From contig CACJWG010000005.1 of NCBI GenBank assembly GCA_902597055.1, positions 538 to 64,537 on the forward strand: 64,000 nt of DNA, given 5' to 3'. The stretch's first letter is position 1; every line of letters starts with the position of its first letter. The notes beneath the pieces are model-generated. The model did no database searches and was not told the DNA's origin. It saw nothing but the letters and a program-made list of their open reading frames with translations. Made by a program: the position numbers and the translations under genes. This DNA comes from an uncultured Pelagibacteraceae bacterium. GTDB taxonomy: Bacteria; Pseudomonadota; Alphaproteobacteria; Pelagibacterales; Pelagibacteraceae. Shown in pieces: positions 21,929-30,673 of this stretch.

Positions 21929-22391
21929 AAGAATACAAATAATAAGAAACTGATGAAATTACAAATGATAATACAAAATTTATAGTCGCAAGAGATACCC
22001 CAAATATAGCGAAATTTACGTTTCTACAGTCAGGATTTATCACTTTTAAACTTTCAAGCAATTTACCTTTTTCCAAAACACCTAAATTGTTATCAGAGCA
22101 ATTAAAAATCGACTGGTATAATTCTTGTTCAATACCAACATGGTAACCAGATAATGTCATACTTATTAAAAAGGTTAAAAATATAAAAAAAATTACTCTT
22201 TTGTTTGAAGCTTTTACAAAACCAAAAAACGCAACTATCAAACCTAATATATAAGGCACTCTTTGATACTTGCACAAAATACATGGTTTATATCCCAAAA
22301 AAAATTCTACAAAAAATGCGTAAAATATCGAAGTTATACACAGCAATATAATAAACAAATAAAATATCTTAAATTTTTTTTCTAAGACCAT
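21915..22391 (-). CDS. dsbB: Disulfide bond formation protein B
   Basis: PCILCKYQR, four TM segments, second periplasmic Cys pair. Confidence 0.88.
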   Translation of the reverse strand: MVLEKKFKIFYLFIILLCITSIFYAFFVEFFLGYKPCILCKYQRVPYILGLIVAFFGFVKASNKRVIFFIFLTFLISMTLSGYHVGIEQELYQSIFNCSDNNLGVLEKGKLLESLKVINPDCRNVNFAIFGVSLATINFVLSFVISSVSYYLYSYAKN

Positions 22392-23000
22392 CTAGGATGT
22401 AAATTTAATTAAGAAATTATATACAAAGTAAGCAACTATTACTAAAATAACAGATATTATTATTGAAGCTGTAACTAGCTTTTTTTCAATTATTTTCTTC
22501 ATAGCAGGTCCAAAATTTCCAATTAAAAATGCTATTAAAAAAAATCTGGAACCTCTTGTTAATAAAGACACAATAACAAAATAGAAAAAATTGAAGTGCA
22601 CAAATCCACTTGTAATAGTGAGTAACTTAAATGGTACAGGCGTGAAACCAGCAATGGCTAACAAAGTTACCCAAGCTATTACACCGCCTTCTGAGGACAT
22701 TTTCTCTTTTAAAAAGTTAGCGTTATCAACACCGTATAATTCAAATATTTTTACACCAATCTCGTTAAAAAAAACGTAACCAATAAAATATCCAAGACAT
22801 GCTCCCAAAACAGATCCAATGGTAGCAATTAGTGCAATTCTAATCCACTGAGCTCTCCTAGCAATAGTCATTGGTATAATAAAAACATCAGGCGGTATTG
22901 GAAATATAAAACTTTCTATGAATGAGATAAAACCTAGAAAAAATTTTGATCTTTTATGACCTGCTAATTCAATTGATTTTCTATATATTTCTTTAAACAT
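22392..23000 (-). CDS. DedA/YqaA-family membrane protein
   Basis: FIESFIFPIPPD, GSVLGA, FTPVPFK, RGSRF. Confidence 0.88.
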   Translation of the reverse strand: MFKEIYRKSIELAGHKRSKFFLGFISFIESFIFPIPPDVFIIPMTIARRAQWIRIALIATIGSVLGACLGYFIGYVFFNEIGVKIFELYGVDNANFLKEKMSSEGGVIAWVTLLAIAGFTPVPFKLLTITSGFVHFNFFYFVIVSLLTRGSRFFLIAFLIGNFGPAMKKIIEKKLVTASIIISVILVIVAYFVYNFLIKFTS

Positions 23001-23049
23001 TCTAAATTTATTTTTATACTATAATTATAAAAATGAAATTATTAATATT

Positions 23050-23136
23050 GGGCGAATGGCGGAACTGGTAGACGCGTTGGACTCAAAATCCAATAGTAGC
23101 AATACTGTGAGAGTTCGATTCTCTCTTTGCCCACCA
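23050..23136 (+). tRNA. tRNA-Leu(CAA)
   Basis: GGGCGAA/TTTGCCC acceptor, TTGGA-CT-CAA-AA-TCCAA anticodon arm, long variable arm, GTTCGA, encoded CCA. Confidence 0.96.
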
Positions 23137-23140
23137 TTTT

Positions 23141-24829
23141 ATGAAAATAGAAAACATAAATAGTTTAGTAGAACTTTATTTCAAAAAATACGACGAAATT
23201 AAGAATAAAAAAGGTCCACCTTTTTTATTTGGATTGAGTTCAAAAGATAAAAACTATTCGTTAAATTGGAATGAAGTAACATTAAAGATTAAAAGTTTAA
23301 CAACTTTTCTACAAGACTATATTTCCCCTGGAGATAGATGTGTATTATTGTCTGAGAATAGACCACAATGGTTAATTGCTGATATTGCAATAATGAATTC
23401 TGGAGGTGTAACAGTGCCATTATTTACCACTTACTCAGACTCAGACTATGAATATATAATTAATGATTGTGGACCAAAGGTTTGTATAGTTTCAAATAAA
23501 TTACAATATGAAAAAATAGAAAAATTTTTAAATGACAAGATTAAGATAATTTCTATTGATGAATTTACAAATCAAATTGAAAACTTTTCAGAAATATTCA
23601 AAAAAACAAATTTTACTAATAAAAGTTATAATAATAAAATAAAAAGAAACGACTTAGCTTGTATAATCTATACTTCTGGTACGACAGGTAAACCAAAAGG
23701 GGTAATGTTAAGTCATGGTGGAATTCTTTCAAATTGTGAGGGGGCTTTAGAAATATTGGCTTCTATTGTCAAAAAGAAAAAACCAGTTTTTTTGACATGG
23801 TTACCTCTTTCACATTCGTATGAACATACCGTTCAATTCGTTCAAATTTCTCTGGGAGCAAAAGTTTATTATGCTGAAAGCCTAGATAAACTAATTCCTA
23901 ATATGTCAGTGGCGAAACCAACCATCATGACTGCTGTCCCAAGATTTTATCAAAATTTATATAATAAAATTTCTTTAAATTTTTCTAAACTGAAGGGGTT
24001 AAAAAAAAAGTTGATAACCAACACCCTTAAACTTGGCACAAAAAAACTTAAAAAAGAAAACCTAAATTTTGGTGAAAAAATATCTAATTTTTTATGTGAA
24101 ATTTTAGTCAGGAAAAAGATCAAAAAACAGTTTGGTGGAGAGTTACAAGCTTTTGTTTCAGGTGGTGGTGCTCTTGACCAAAAAATTGGAGAATTTCTTA
24201 ATTCTATTGGTTTACCCACATTACAAGGATATGGACTGACTGAAGCTTCTCCAGTCGTTAGCTGTAACGTTCCAGGAAATATTCAAATTGAGACTGTAGG
24301 GCCTCCATTTAAAACTAATGAAGTTAAAATTTCAAACGATGGTGAAATATTAGTAAAAGGGGAAAACGTTATGCTTGGATATTGGAATAAAAAAGATGAA
24401 ACCAATGAAGTTTTAAAAGAAGGATGGTTGCATACAGGTGATATAGGAGAGTTTACCAAAGAAGGAAATTTGAAAATAACTGATAGAAAAAAAGAAATCA
24501 TTGTAAATTTAGGTGGTGATAACATTTCTCCATCTAAAATTGAAAATTTACTTTGTTTAAATGAAAAAATTAAACAAAGTTTAGTTTATGGAGATAAAAA
24601 AACATATTTAGTTGCATTAATTGTAAGTGATAACGAAGAAAATAGTTCAGAAATTAATTTATACATCGAAAATTTAAATAAAAACTTGCAAACAATAGAA
24701 AAAGTTAAAAAAATAAAAATTATTAAAGAGGAATTTACAATTGAAAATGGAATGTTAACACCAACTTTGAAACTAAAAAGAAAAAAAATTTTAGAAAAAT
24801 ATAAAGAAGATTTAGAAAAACTTTATTAA
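23141..24829 (+). CDS. fadD: Long-chain fatty acid--CoA ligase
   Basis: YTSGTTGKPKG, QGYGLTE, WLHTGDIG, DRKK. Confidence 0.88.
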   Translation: MKIENINSLVELYFKKYDEIKNKKGPPFLFGLSSKDKNYSLNWNEVTLKIKSLTTFLQDYISPGDRCVLLSENRPQWLIADIAIMNSGGVTVPLFTTYSDSDYEYIINDCGPKVCIVSNKLQYEKIEKFLNDKIKIISIDEFTNQIENFSEIFKKTNFTNKSYNNKIKRNDLACIIYTSGTTGKPKGVMLSHGGILSNCEGALEILASIVKKKKPVFLTWLPLSHSYEHTVQFVQISLGAKVYYAESLDKLIPNMSVAKPTIMTAVPRFYQNLYNKISLNFSKLKGLKKKLITNTLKLGTKKLKKENLNFGEKISNFLCEILVRKKIKKQFGGELQAFVSGGGALDQKIGEFLNSIGLPTLQGYGLTEASPVVSCNVPGNIQIETVGPPFKTNEVKISNDGEILVKGENVMLGYWNKKDETNEVLKEGWLHTGDIGEFTKEGNLKITDRKKEIIVNLGGDNISPSKIENLLCLNEKIKQSLVYGDKKTYLVALIVSDNEENSSEINLYIENLNKNLQTIEKVKKIKIIKEEFTIENGMLTPTLKLKRKKILEKYKEDLEKLY

Positions 24830-24950
24830 ATTAAACAAATAAATTTGATTATAATGCGCATAAACACTATTCTTTTTAACTTTTAACATTTGTAAAAACA
24901 AATTTAATTTTTCGCTTCGTTAATGACTCAACTTATAACTAATTAAATGT

Positions 24951-25020
24951 TTGACATAACAAAAGAAAATATTTAAAAATTAACTTATAACGAATCAAAA
25001 AGATTCGTAACAACAGGGAG
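24951..25020 (+). promoter_or_regulatory. Promoter, hairpin with two GANTC sites, and RBS of the small basic peptide gene
   Basis: TTGACA at 24951, AT-rich -10 region near 24974, ACGAATC-AAAAA-GATTCGT inverted repeat (24990-25008), AGGGAG 6 nt before ATG. Confidence 0.65.
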
Positions 25021-25026
25021 CTAAAG

Positions 25027-25098
25027 ATGGCTAAACGAAGAAAAAAAGCTAAGAAAAAAGCTAAGAAAAAAGCAAAAAAAAGAAGAAGAAGAAGATAA
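25027..25098 (+). CDS. Very basic 23-aa protamine/histone-tail-like peptide
   Basis: MAKRRKKAKKKAKKKAKKRRRRR*; strong SD, own promoter and terminator. Confidence 0.82.
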   Translation: MAKRRKKAKKKAKKKAKKRRRRR

Positions 25099-25110
25099 GT
25101 TTTCTTTTTT

Positions 25111-25153
25111 AAAAACGCTTCTCATAACGTTTGTGTGAGAAGCGTTTTTTTTT
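25111..25153. terminator. Bidirectional intrinsic terminator
   Basis: AAAAACGCTTCTCA...TGAGAAGCGTTTTT stem with A- and T-tracts, between the convergent peptide gene and carD. Confidence 0.9.
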
Positions 25154-26021
25154 ACTCCTCTTCTGAAACGTTTTCTATATTCTCTGGTTCTTCAGTATCT
25201 TGGCTTGGTTGCGGATTAGTTGGTGCTTTTTTTTCCAAGTTTTGCTGATTTTTTTCTAAATTTCTTTTTAAAGCTTTATCAAGTTTTTTTTGAGTATCTT
25301 CAAGGGATAGATTTAATATAATCTGGAATTCAGTTAATATCCTATCATAAGCTTTTTCAAATAACTGTCTTTCACTGTATGATTGATCAATCATAATATC
25401 ATCTCCTTTATTCAAATCTCTGACGACTTCTGCCAATTCATAGATTTTTCCAGACGTAATTTTTTGCTCATATTCTTGTGCTCTTCTACTCCACATTGAT
25501 CTTTTAATTTTTGGCTTCCCCTTTAAAATAGAGATGGATTTGTTAACTTGATTTATAGTAGATAAGGGTCTCAGGTGTGACTGTTTATTAATCGGCAATA
25601 ATCCAATAGCTTTATCTTTCTCAAATTTTATGTCGTAACATTGTACATCTATACCACCAATTGTTTTCGAGCTAATTGAGAGAATTTGGCCAACGCCATG
25701 TTTTGGATAAACAATATAATCTTTCGCTTTAAATTGTTTTTTTTCTGTTTCCTGTTTTTTAATTTTAATTATTTCAGGTTTTTGATCTTGATTTTTGGAA
25801 AGGCGTAAATTCTCATTGATTTTTGATTTGGGTGAATTGATTTTAGCTTTTTCCTTTAAAGAATTTTTAACTATTTTTTTTAATTTAGGCCTACCTAACT
25901 TTTTTTTTGGTTTTATTATTTTAGATTTTTTAGCTAATGGTTTAGCTTTTTTTTTTAAAGGGATATTTTTTTTTTTCTTAAAGGTTTTCTTTAAAATACT
26001 TTTCAAATTTATTTTCTTCAT
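25152..26021 (-). CDS. carD: CarD/CdnL-family transcription regulator with Lys-rich N-terminal extension
   Basis: [40 protein letters not shown]; downstream of fdxA. Start position uncertain. Confidence 0.9.
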   Translation of the reverse strand: MKKINLKSILKKTFKKKKNIPLKKKAKPLAKKSKIIKPKKKLGRPKLKKIVKNSLKEKAKINSPKSKINENLRLSKNQDQKPEIIKIKKQETEKKQFKAKDYIVYPKHGVGQILSISSKTIGGIDVQCYDIKFEKDKAIGLLPINKQSHLRPLSTINQVNKSISILKGKPKIKRSMWSRRAQEYEQKITSGKIYELAEVVRDLNKGDDIMIDQSYSERQLFEKAYDRILTEFQIILNLSLEDTQKKLDKALKRNLEKNQQNLEKKAPTNPQPSQDTEEPENIENVSEEE

Positions 26022-26304
26022 TTCTATATTTCTCGTTATCTATTGGTGGATCTTTTTTTTCTGATATGTTTGGCCATATTTCTGAATATTTTTTGTTTAG
26101 TTCTAGCCATTTTTCGCTTCCTTCTTCTGTATCAGGTTTTATCGCATCAACCGGACACTCAGGTTCACAAACGCCACAATCTATACACTCATCCGGTTTA
26201 ATTACAAGCATATTTTTCCCCTCATAAAAACAGTCAACAGGACATACTTCAACGCAATCCATTAATTTACATTTAATACATTTGTCATTTACTATGTAAG
26301 TCAT
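25978..26304 (-). CDS. fdxA: 7Fe ferredoxin
   Basis: [31 protein letters not shown]. Confidence 0.95.
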   Translation of the reverse strand: MTYIVNDKCIKCKLMDCVEVCPVDCFYEGKNMLVIKPDECIDCGVCEPECPVDAIKPDTEEGSEKWLELNKKYSEIWPNISEKKDPPIDNEKYRNEENKFEKYFKENL

Positions 26305-26726
26305 TATTTATTATTAAGTACTTTAACCTTGGTCTCACCCACTATCTTATCATCTAAATAAAGCAACCCAGCTAAACGTCTCATAAGGTTATTTTCATAA
26401 ATATCTGATTTTCCATCTGATAGAATTATTCTCCATAAAGTTTCAACAATTAAAATTTTATTTTCTGTACTTAAAGACTTTACGTCTTTAGTAAATTCTT
26501 GAATATGATTAGAGTCATTTTCCTTTTGCTCTGCTTGTGTAATAACGTCATTCAGGTTATCTAAATCAGGATACAATTTCTTAATTGTTTTTTTAATAAT
26601 TTCCTTTTCATTTGATGTGTAATTTTCATCTATTTTAGCTGCGTGTACTAAAAGACAAGCAATGTTAATAGCTTCTGCATTTGTGTCAGGTTTTTCTTTA
26701 TTCCTATTCAAAAATTTAAATATCAT
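26304..26726 (-). CDS. TerB-family protein
   Basis: [10 protein letters not shown]...E and LWRIILSDG...E...RRLAGLL pattern. Confidence 0.8.
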   Translation of the reverse strand: MIFKFLNRNKEKPDTNAEAINIACLLVHAAKIDENYTSNEKEIIKKTIKKLYPDLDNLNDVITQAEQKENDSNHIQEFTKDVKSLSTENKILIVETLWRIILSDGKSDIYENNLMRRLAGLLYLDDKIVGETKVKVLNNK

Positions 26727-29203
26727 TTTAAATCTAGTTGTTTTAATGCTTCAAAGGGATTATCTTTTTTGATCTTTAAATCTAAACTCTTTTTAACCTT
26801 TTTAAAAGGTTTATATTTGAAAAAGGTTTCGTTTTTTTCTTCAAAAACTTTATACCCCATTAATTTAATTACTTTTACAAAACTTTCTTTGTCACAACCC
26901 AGTAAATTTAACATTTTGGGTAATAGTTTAATTTTATCGGATTTATTTTCATTAGTATTTATAATTTCAATAAACAATCTTTCTAAAATATCAATTCTAA
27001 CAAAAAAACTATCAAATTTTTCAAATCCACATAAAAGCATAAATTTTTTGTTTTTATATTTTAAGTCATTCACAAAATTTAATCCAAAGGTAGGAGGAAA
27101 TAAATTTAAGTCTTCTCCTTTAAAATTCTTCCAAAGTAAAATTCTCAAAGAGACAACACTAGGTTTAAAAAGTTTGAACAAAAATATATGATACCTGCCA
27201 AATCTTACCCCTAAATTTCTTAGAGTTTTTCTTTCATCTTGACTCAAACTATTAACGATATTTAAAACCTCATCTCTTTTTACTACACCGTTGTTTTCAT
27301 ATAGTTGATAAGATAAAGCTCTTATTTGGGAATTTACTGAATTTATATTCTTCAGTTTAAATAAACTATCTAGTTCATCAGAAATTTTTGTATCTAACCA
27401 TTTTTTTAAAAAAGAGTGAAGTTTTAATTTTTCATCATTTTCTACAATATCATCTATAATTAAATTAAGTTCAGGAGACAGATAATCTGCACCCTTAGCA
27501 AGAATTGCTATAGGAAAATTATTCCAATAAATTTTTCTATTCTCTTTTAATTCAATTTGTTTTCCTTCAATTATTTGATTTATTCTTTTTGAAATTTCTG
27601 GGCTAACATTTTGTCTTGCAGCCTTTTTTAAAGATTTAATATCAGTTTCTAAATCACCCACTTTAAAATCTAATTCAAGCTTTAGACCTTTTAAGTTCCC
27701 AATAAACTGATTATTAATTAAAACTTTTTCATTATTTTCAATTTTTGTCTCAAAAGAAATATCTTGTTTTAAACCTCTTGCTAGTACACTTGCTCGTTTA
27801 TCAATAAAACTTTTAGTAAGCTCTTCGTGCAATCTATCAGATAATTTATCTTCTAAAAACTTTGTCCTTTTTATCCAATAGTCTTGATTTTCTACCCACC
27901 CGTTTTTGTTAGAAACATATGACCATGTTCTTACATTAGCAATTCGATTAGATATAGAATCTACATTTCCATCAACTTTATCTAAAATTGAAAGTTGTTC
28001 TTTCATGTACTTATTTGAAATTTTTCCTGTTTTTTCTCTTAAAAAATTAAATACTTTTCCAATTACCTCTAAATGATTTCCATAAGTTTTTTTTACAAAA
28101 TCAGGGATCTGGCAACATTCCCATAACAGTTTTAATTCATTCTCATTATTATAAATTTGTAATTTTTCAGTATCTTTTAAAATATATTTTAAAACTTTTT
28201 CGTCCTCACACTCCGAAATTCTTTTTAGCCAAGTTTTGTTCGGTTTCTCTTCTAATGACTTAATTAGAGATTGTCCGTTTTTAAAGTTTAAATTTGGATT
28301 CCTCCAAAAAATTGTATTGATGTCGTCAATTTTATGGGTTTCAAGTAATTCAATTTCTTCTGGACTTATCTCGCCACATTCACCTGTAATGCCAAATGAT
28401 CCGTCATTAAGATATCTGCCTGCTCTTCCAGCAATCTGTGCAATTTCGGATAATCTAAGTCTCCTTATTTTTTTACCATCAAATTTTTTAATACTCGAAA
28501 AAAAAACATTATTTAAATCCATGTTTATTCCCATACCAATTGCATCGGTTGCAACAAGATAGTCAACATCTCCAGATTGGTATAAATTTACTTGTGAATT
28601 TCTTGTCTTGGGACTTAAAGACCCCATAACAATTGCAGCTCCACCTTTTTGACGTCTAATCAATTCTGCAATTGCATAAACTTCTTCGGTTGAAAATGCT
28701 ATTATTGCACTCTTTCTTTCTATTCGAGAGATTTTTTTGTGACCGGAGTAAGTTAATTTGGATAGTCTTTTTCTATCGATATATTCAATATCACCATCTA
28801 ATTTATCAATAATATTTTTCATTGAGTTTGATCCCATGAACATTGTTAATTTTTCACCTCTTAAGTTCAGTAATCTGTCAGTGAAAATATGACCTCTTTC
28901 ATGATCAGAACACATTTGAATTTCATCTATTCCAACGAACTCTAAATCTTTTTCTATAGGCATAGATTCTACAGTGCAAAAATAATACTTAGCATTAGAA
29001 GGTATAATTTTTTCCTCACCTGTAATTAGCGCAACTTTATTTGGATCAGTTTTTTTAATAACTTTGTCATAAACCTCTCTTGCTAAAAGCCTCAAGGGAA
29101 AACCCATCATTCCAGAGCTAAAAGACAACATTGTTTCTATGGCTAAGAAGGTTTTTCCTGTATTGGTGGGTCCGAGAACAGCAGTTATTTTATTTTTTGT
29201 CAT
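26723..29203 (-). CDS. SUV3/MgpS-like SF2 helicase
   Basis: LGPTNTGKT, DEIQ, ATDAIGMGIN, QIAGRAGR. Confidence 0.9.
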   Translation of the reverse strand: MTKNKITAVLGPTNTGKTFLAIETMLSFSSGMMGFPLRLLAREVYDKVIKKTDPNKVALITGEEKIIPSNAKYYFCTVESMPIEKDLEFVGIDEIQMCSDHERGHIFTDRLLNLRGEKLTMFMGSNSMKNIIDKLDGDIEYIDRKRLSKLTYSGHKKISRIERKSAIIAFSTEEVYAIAELIRRQKGGAAIVMGSLSPKTRNSQVNLYQSGDVDYLVATDAIGMGINMDLNNVFFSSIKKFDGKKIRRLRLSEIAQIAGRAGRYLNDGSFGITGECGEISPEEIELLETHKIDDINTIFWRNPNLNFKNGQSLIKSLEEKPNKTWLKRISECEDEKVLKYILKDTEKLQIYNNENELKLLWECCQIPDFVKKTYGNHLEVIGKVFNFLREKTGKISNKYMKEQLSILDKVDGNVDSISNRIANVRTWSYVSNKNGWVENQDYWIKRTKFLEDKLSDRLHEELTKSFIDKRASVLARGLKQDISFETKIENNEKVLINNQFIGNLKGLKLELDFKVGDLETDIKSLKKAARQNVSPEISKRINQIIEGKQIELKENRKIYWNNFPIAILAKGADYLSPELNLIIDDIVENDEKLKLHSFLKKWLDTKISDELDSLFKLKNINSVNSQIRALSYQLYENNGVVKRDEVLNIVNSLSQDERKTLRNLGVRFGRYHIFLFKLFKPSVVSLRILLWKNFKGEDLNLFPPTFGLNFVNDLKYKNKKFMLLCGFEKFDSFFVRIDILERLFIEIINTNENKSDKIKLLPKMLNLLGCDKESFVKVIKLMGYKVFEEKNETFFKYKPFKKVKKSLDLKIKKDNPFEALKQLDLK

Positions 29204-29232
29204 TTCAACTTTTGGTGTGTTAAATTTTTTTA

Positions 29233-29248
29233 CTACTATATATTGTTA
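29233..29248. promoter_or_regulatory. NrdR-box-like site upstream of the helicase
   Basis: ctaCTAtATaTTGtta matches the full CwAtATaTwG core, 30 bp from the start codon. Confidence 0.55.
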
Positions 29249-29343
29249 TCGTTAAAGAACAAAAATAGTCTAAAACAAGTCCGAATCATTTGGGTAAAAG
29301 TTCTCATTTTTATTTTTTTTCAATAATAACATATTTGACCAAA

Positions 29344-30042
29344 TTATGCAGCCCTATATTTATTTACACAAGTATTTGCTAGTATCAAATTTGGATCAAT
29401 AAAAATTTTTGATTTTTTTGCTTTCTTAAAAGATTTGAATGCAAAAATGGCAATAGGTAATTCTGTACATCCTAAGATTATTTTTTTACAATTTATTTTT
29501 ATTAAATAATCAATTGCAGGCTTTATTATTTTTTCCGCCTTTCTTACATTACCCATTTTAACGAATTTGATTGCTTTATTTACATTTTTTTTTTGTATCT
29601 TCATAGGTGGCGATAAAAGTTTAAACCTTTTATTGAAATACTTATGATAAATTTTTGTGTTTAAGGTAGCTTCAGTAGCGAGTATTCCAATTTGAGAATT
29701 AATCTTACAGCTCTTTTTTGTATAATTATAAACTTCCTCCGGCATACTTAAAATAGGGATCTTAACTTTCTTTTTTAAATCATCGTACCAAAAATGTGCT
29801 GTATTACACGGCATTACAATAAACTTACATTTATTTTTTTCTAATAATTTGCAACCTTTAATTAATTCTTTAAGGACGTTATAATATTTTTTTAAGTTTT
29901 CTGGTCTCTTAGGTGTGTCGGACTTATTGTATAATAAAAATTTTGGGTATTGTTGATCTTGTTTTCCTCTATGCAAAATAGCTATTTTGTTACAAATATC
30001 TAAACCAGCTTGTGTTCCCATTCCTCCTAAAATTCCGATCAT
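29344..30042 (-). CDS. Asp/Glu racemase family protein
   Basis: IGILGGMG, PCNTAH and GCTELP catalytic Cys pair. ATG 30042 overlaps the upstream stop (ORF track starts at 30063). Confidence 0.9.
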   Translation of the reverse strand: MIGILGGMGTQAGLDICNKIAILHRGKQDQQYPKFLLYNKSDTPKRPENLKKYYNVLKELIKGCKLLEKNKCKFIVMPCNTAHFWYDDLKKKVKIPILSMPEEVYNYTKKSCKINSQIGILATEATLNTKIYHKYFNKRFKLLSPPMKIQKKNVNKAIKFVKMGNVRKAEKIIKPAIDYLIKINCKKIILGCTELPIAIFAFKSFKKAKKSKIFIDPNLILANTCVNKYRAA

Positions 30043-30440
30043 ATTTTTTTTACTACTTTCCAAACACCCGTTGCTGATGCAATAATATTTTTGTTTATAT
30101 ATAAATTACAATTCACAAATAACATCGACTTTGTTTTCTTTAATATTTTTACTTTTCCAAATATCTCATCTCCTAGTCTAGAAGGTGCAATAAATTTTAC
30201 ATCTAATGAAATTGTAACACATGATTGATTGTTGCTAGCTCTATACACAGCGGTACCAGCACCTGCATCAATCAAAGAACAAATAAATCCCCCATGAGTG
30301 ATCTCTCTTTTGTTTAAATGTATATCTTGTATTGTGCTTTTAAACTCAAACTCAGTGTCCGATACATCTCTAAAAAGCAGTCCACCATTGTGTTTCATAA
30401 AACCAGAAACTTTACTGATTTGCTCAAATTCGTTTTTCAT
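30039..30440 (-). CDS. PaaI-family thioesterase
   Basis: HLNKREITHGGFICSLID hotdog-fold motif. Confidence 0.88.
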   Translation of the reverse strand: MKNEFEQISKVSGFMKHNGGLLFRDVSDTEFEFKSTIQDIHLNKREITHGGFICSLIDAGAGTAVYRASNNQSCVTISLDVKFIAPSRLGDEIFGKVKILKKTKSMLFVNCNLYINKNIIASATGVWKVVKKI

Positions 30441-30533
30441 TTTTTTATAAAAAAATTGTTAATAAAATTAAAACTATTAATACTAAAGCAAAAAAATATA
30501 CAACACTTGATTGCAAAGAGATTTTCATAATTT

Positions 30534-30610
30534 TGGTGCGCCTGCTAGGAGTCGAACCCAGAACCTCCTGGTCCGTAGCCAAGCGCTCTATCCAGTTGAG
30601 CTACAGGCGC
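30534..30610 (-). tRNA. tRNA-Arg(ACG)
   Basis: Reverse complement GCGCCTGTAGCTCAACTGGATAGAGC...CT-ACG-GA...GTTCGACTCC...GCGCACCA. Confidence 0.96.
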
Positions 30611-30673
30611 TAAATTATAAAAAATAATCATATTTAATAATGTAATTTTTAAATAAATAATTATTCTATATTA

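Noticed and set aside
25040-25098. GCTAAGAAAAAA and AGA tandem repeats as CRISPR or microsatellite
   Set aside because: There are no spacers, and the unit lengths are multiples of 3 inside an ORF with an SD, so it is treated as coding.
26304-26726. TerB as a tellurite-resistance or anti-phage operon
   Set aside because: It is a single terB-like gene within a core operon, with no other ter genes.
29255-29290. Alphaproteobacterial LexA box (GAAC-N7-GAAC) before the helicase
   Set aside because: The second half-site does not match.
23050-30610. tRNA-Leu to tRNA-Arg interval as an integrated element
   Set aside because: It contains core genes, with no integrase and no duplicated tRNA 3' end seen.
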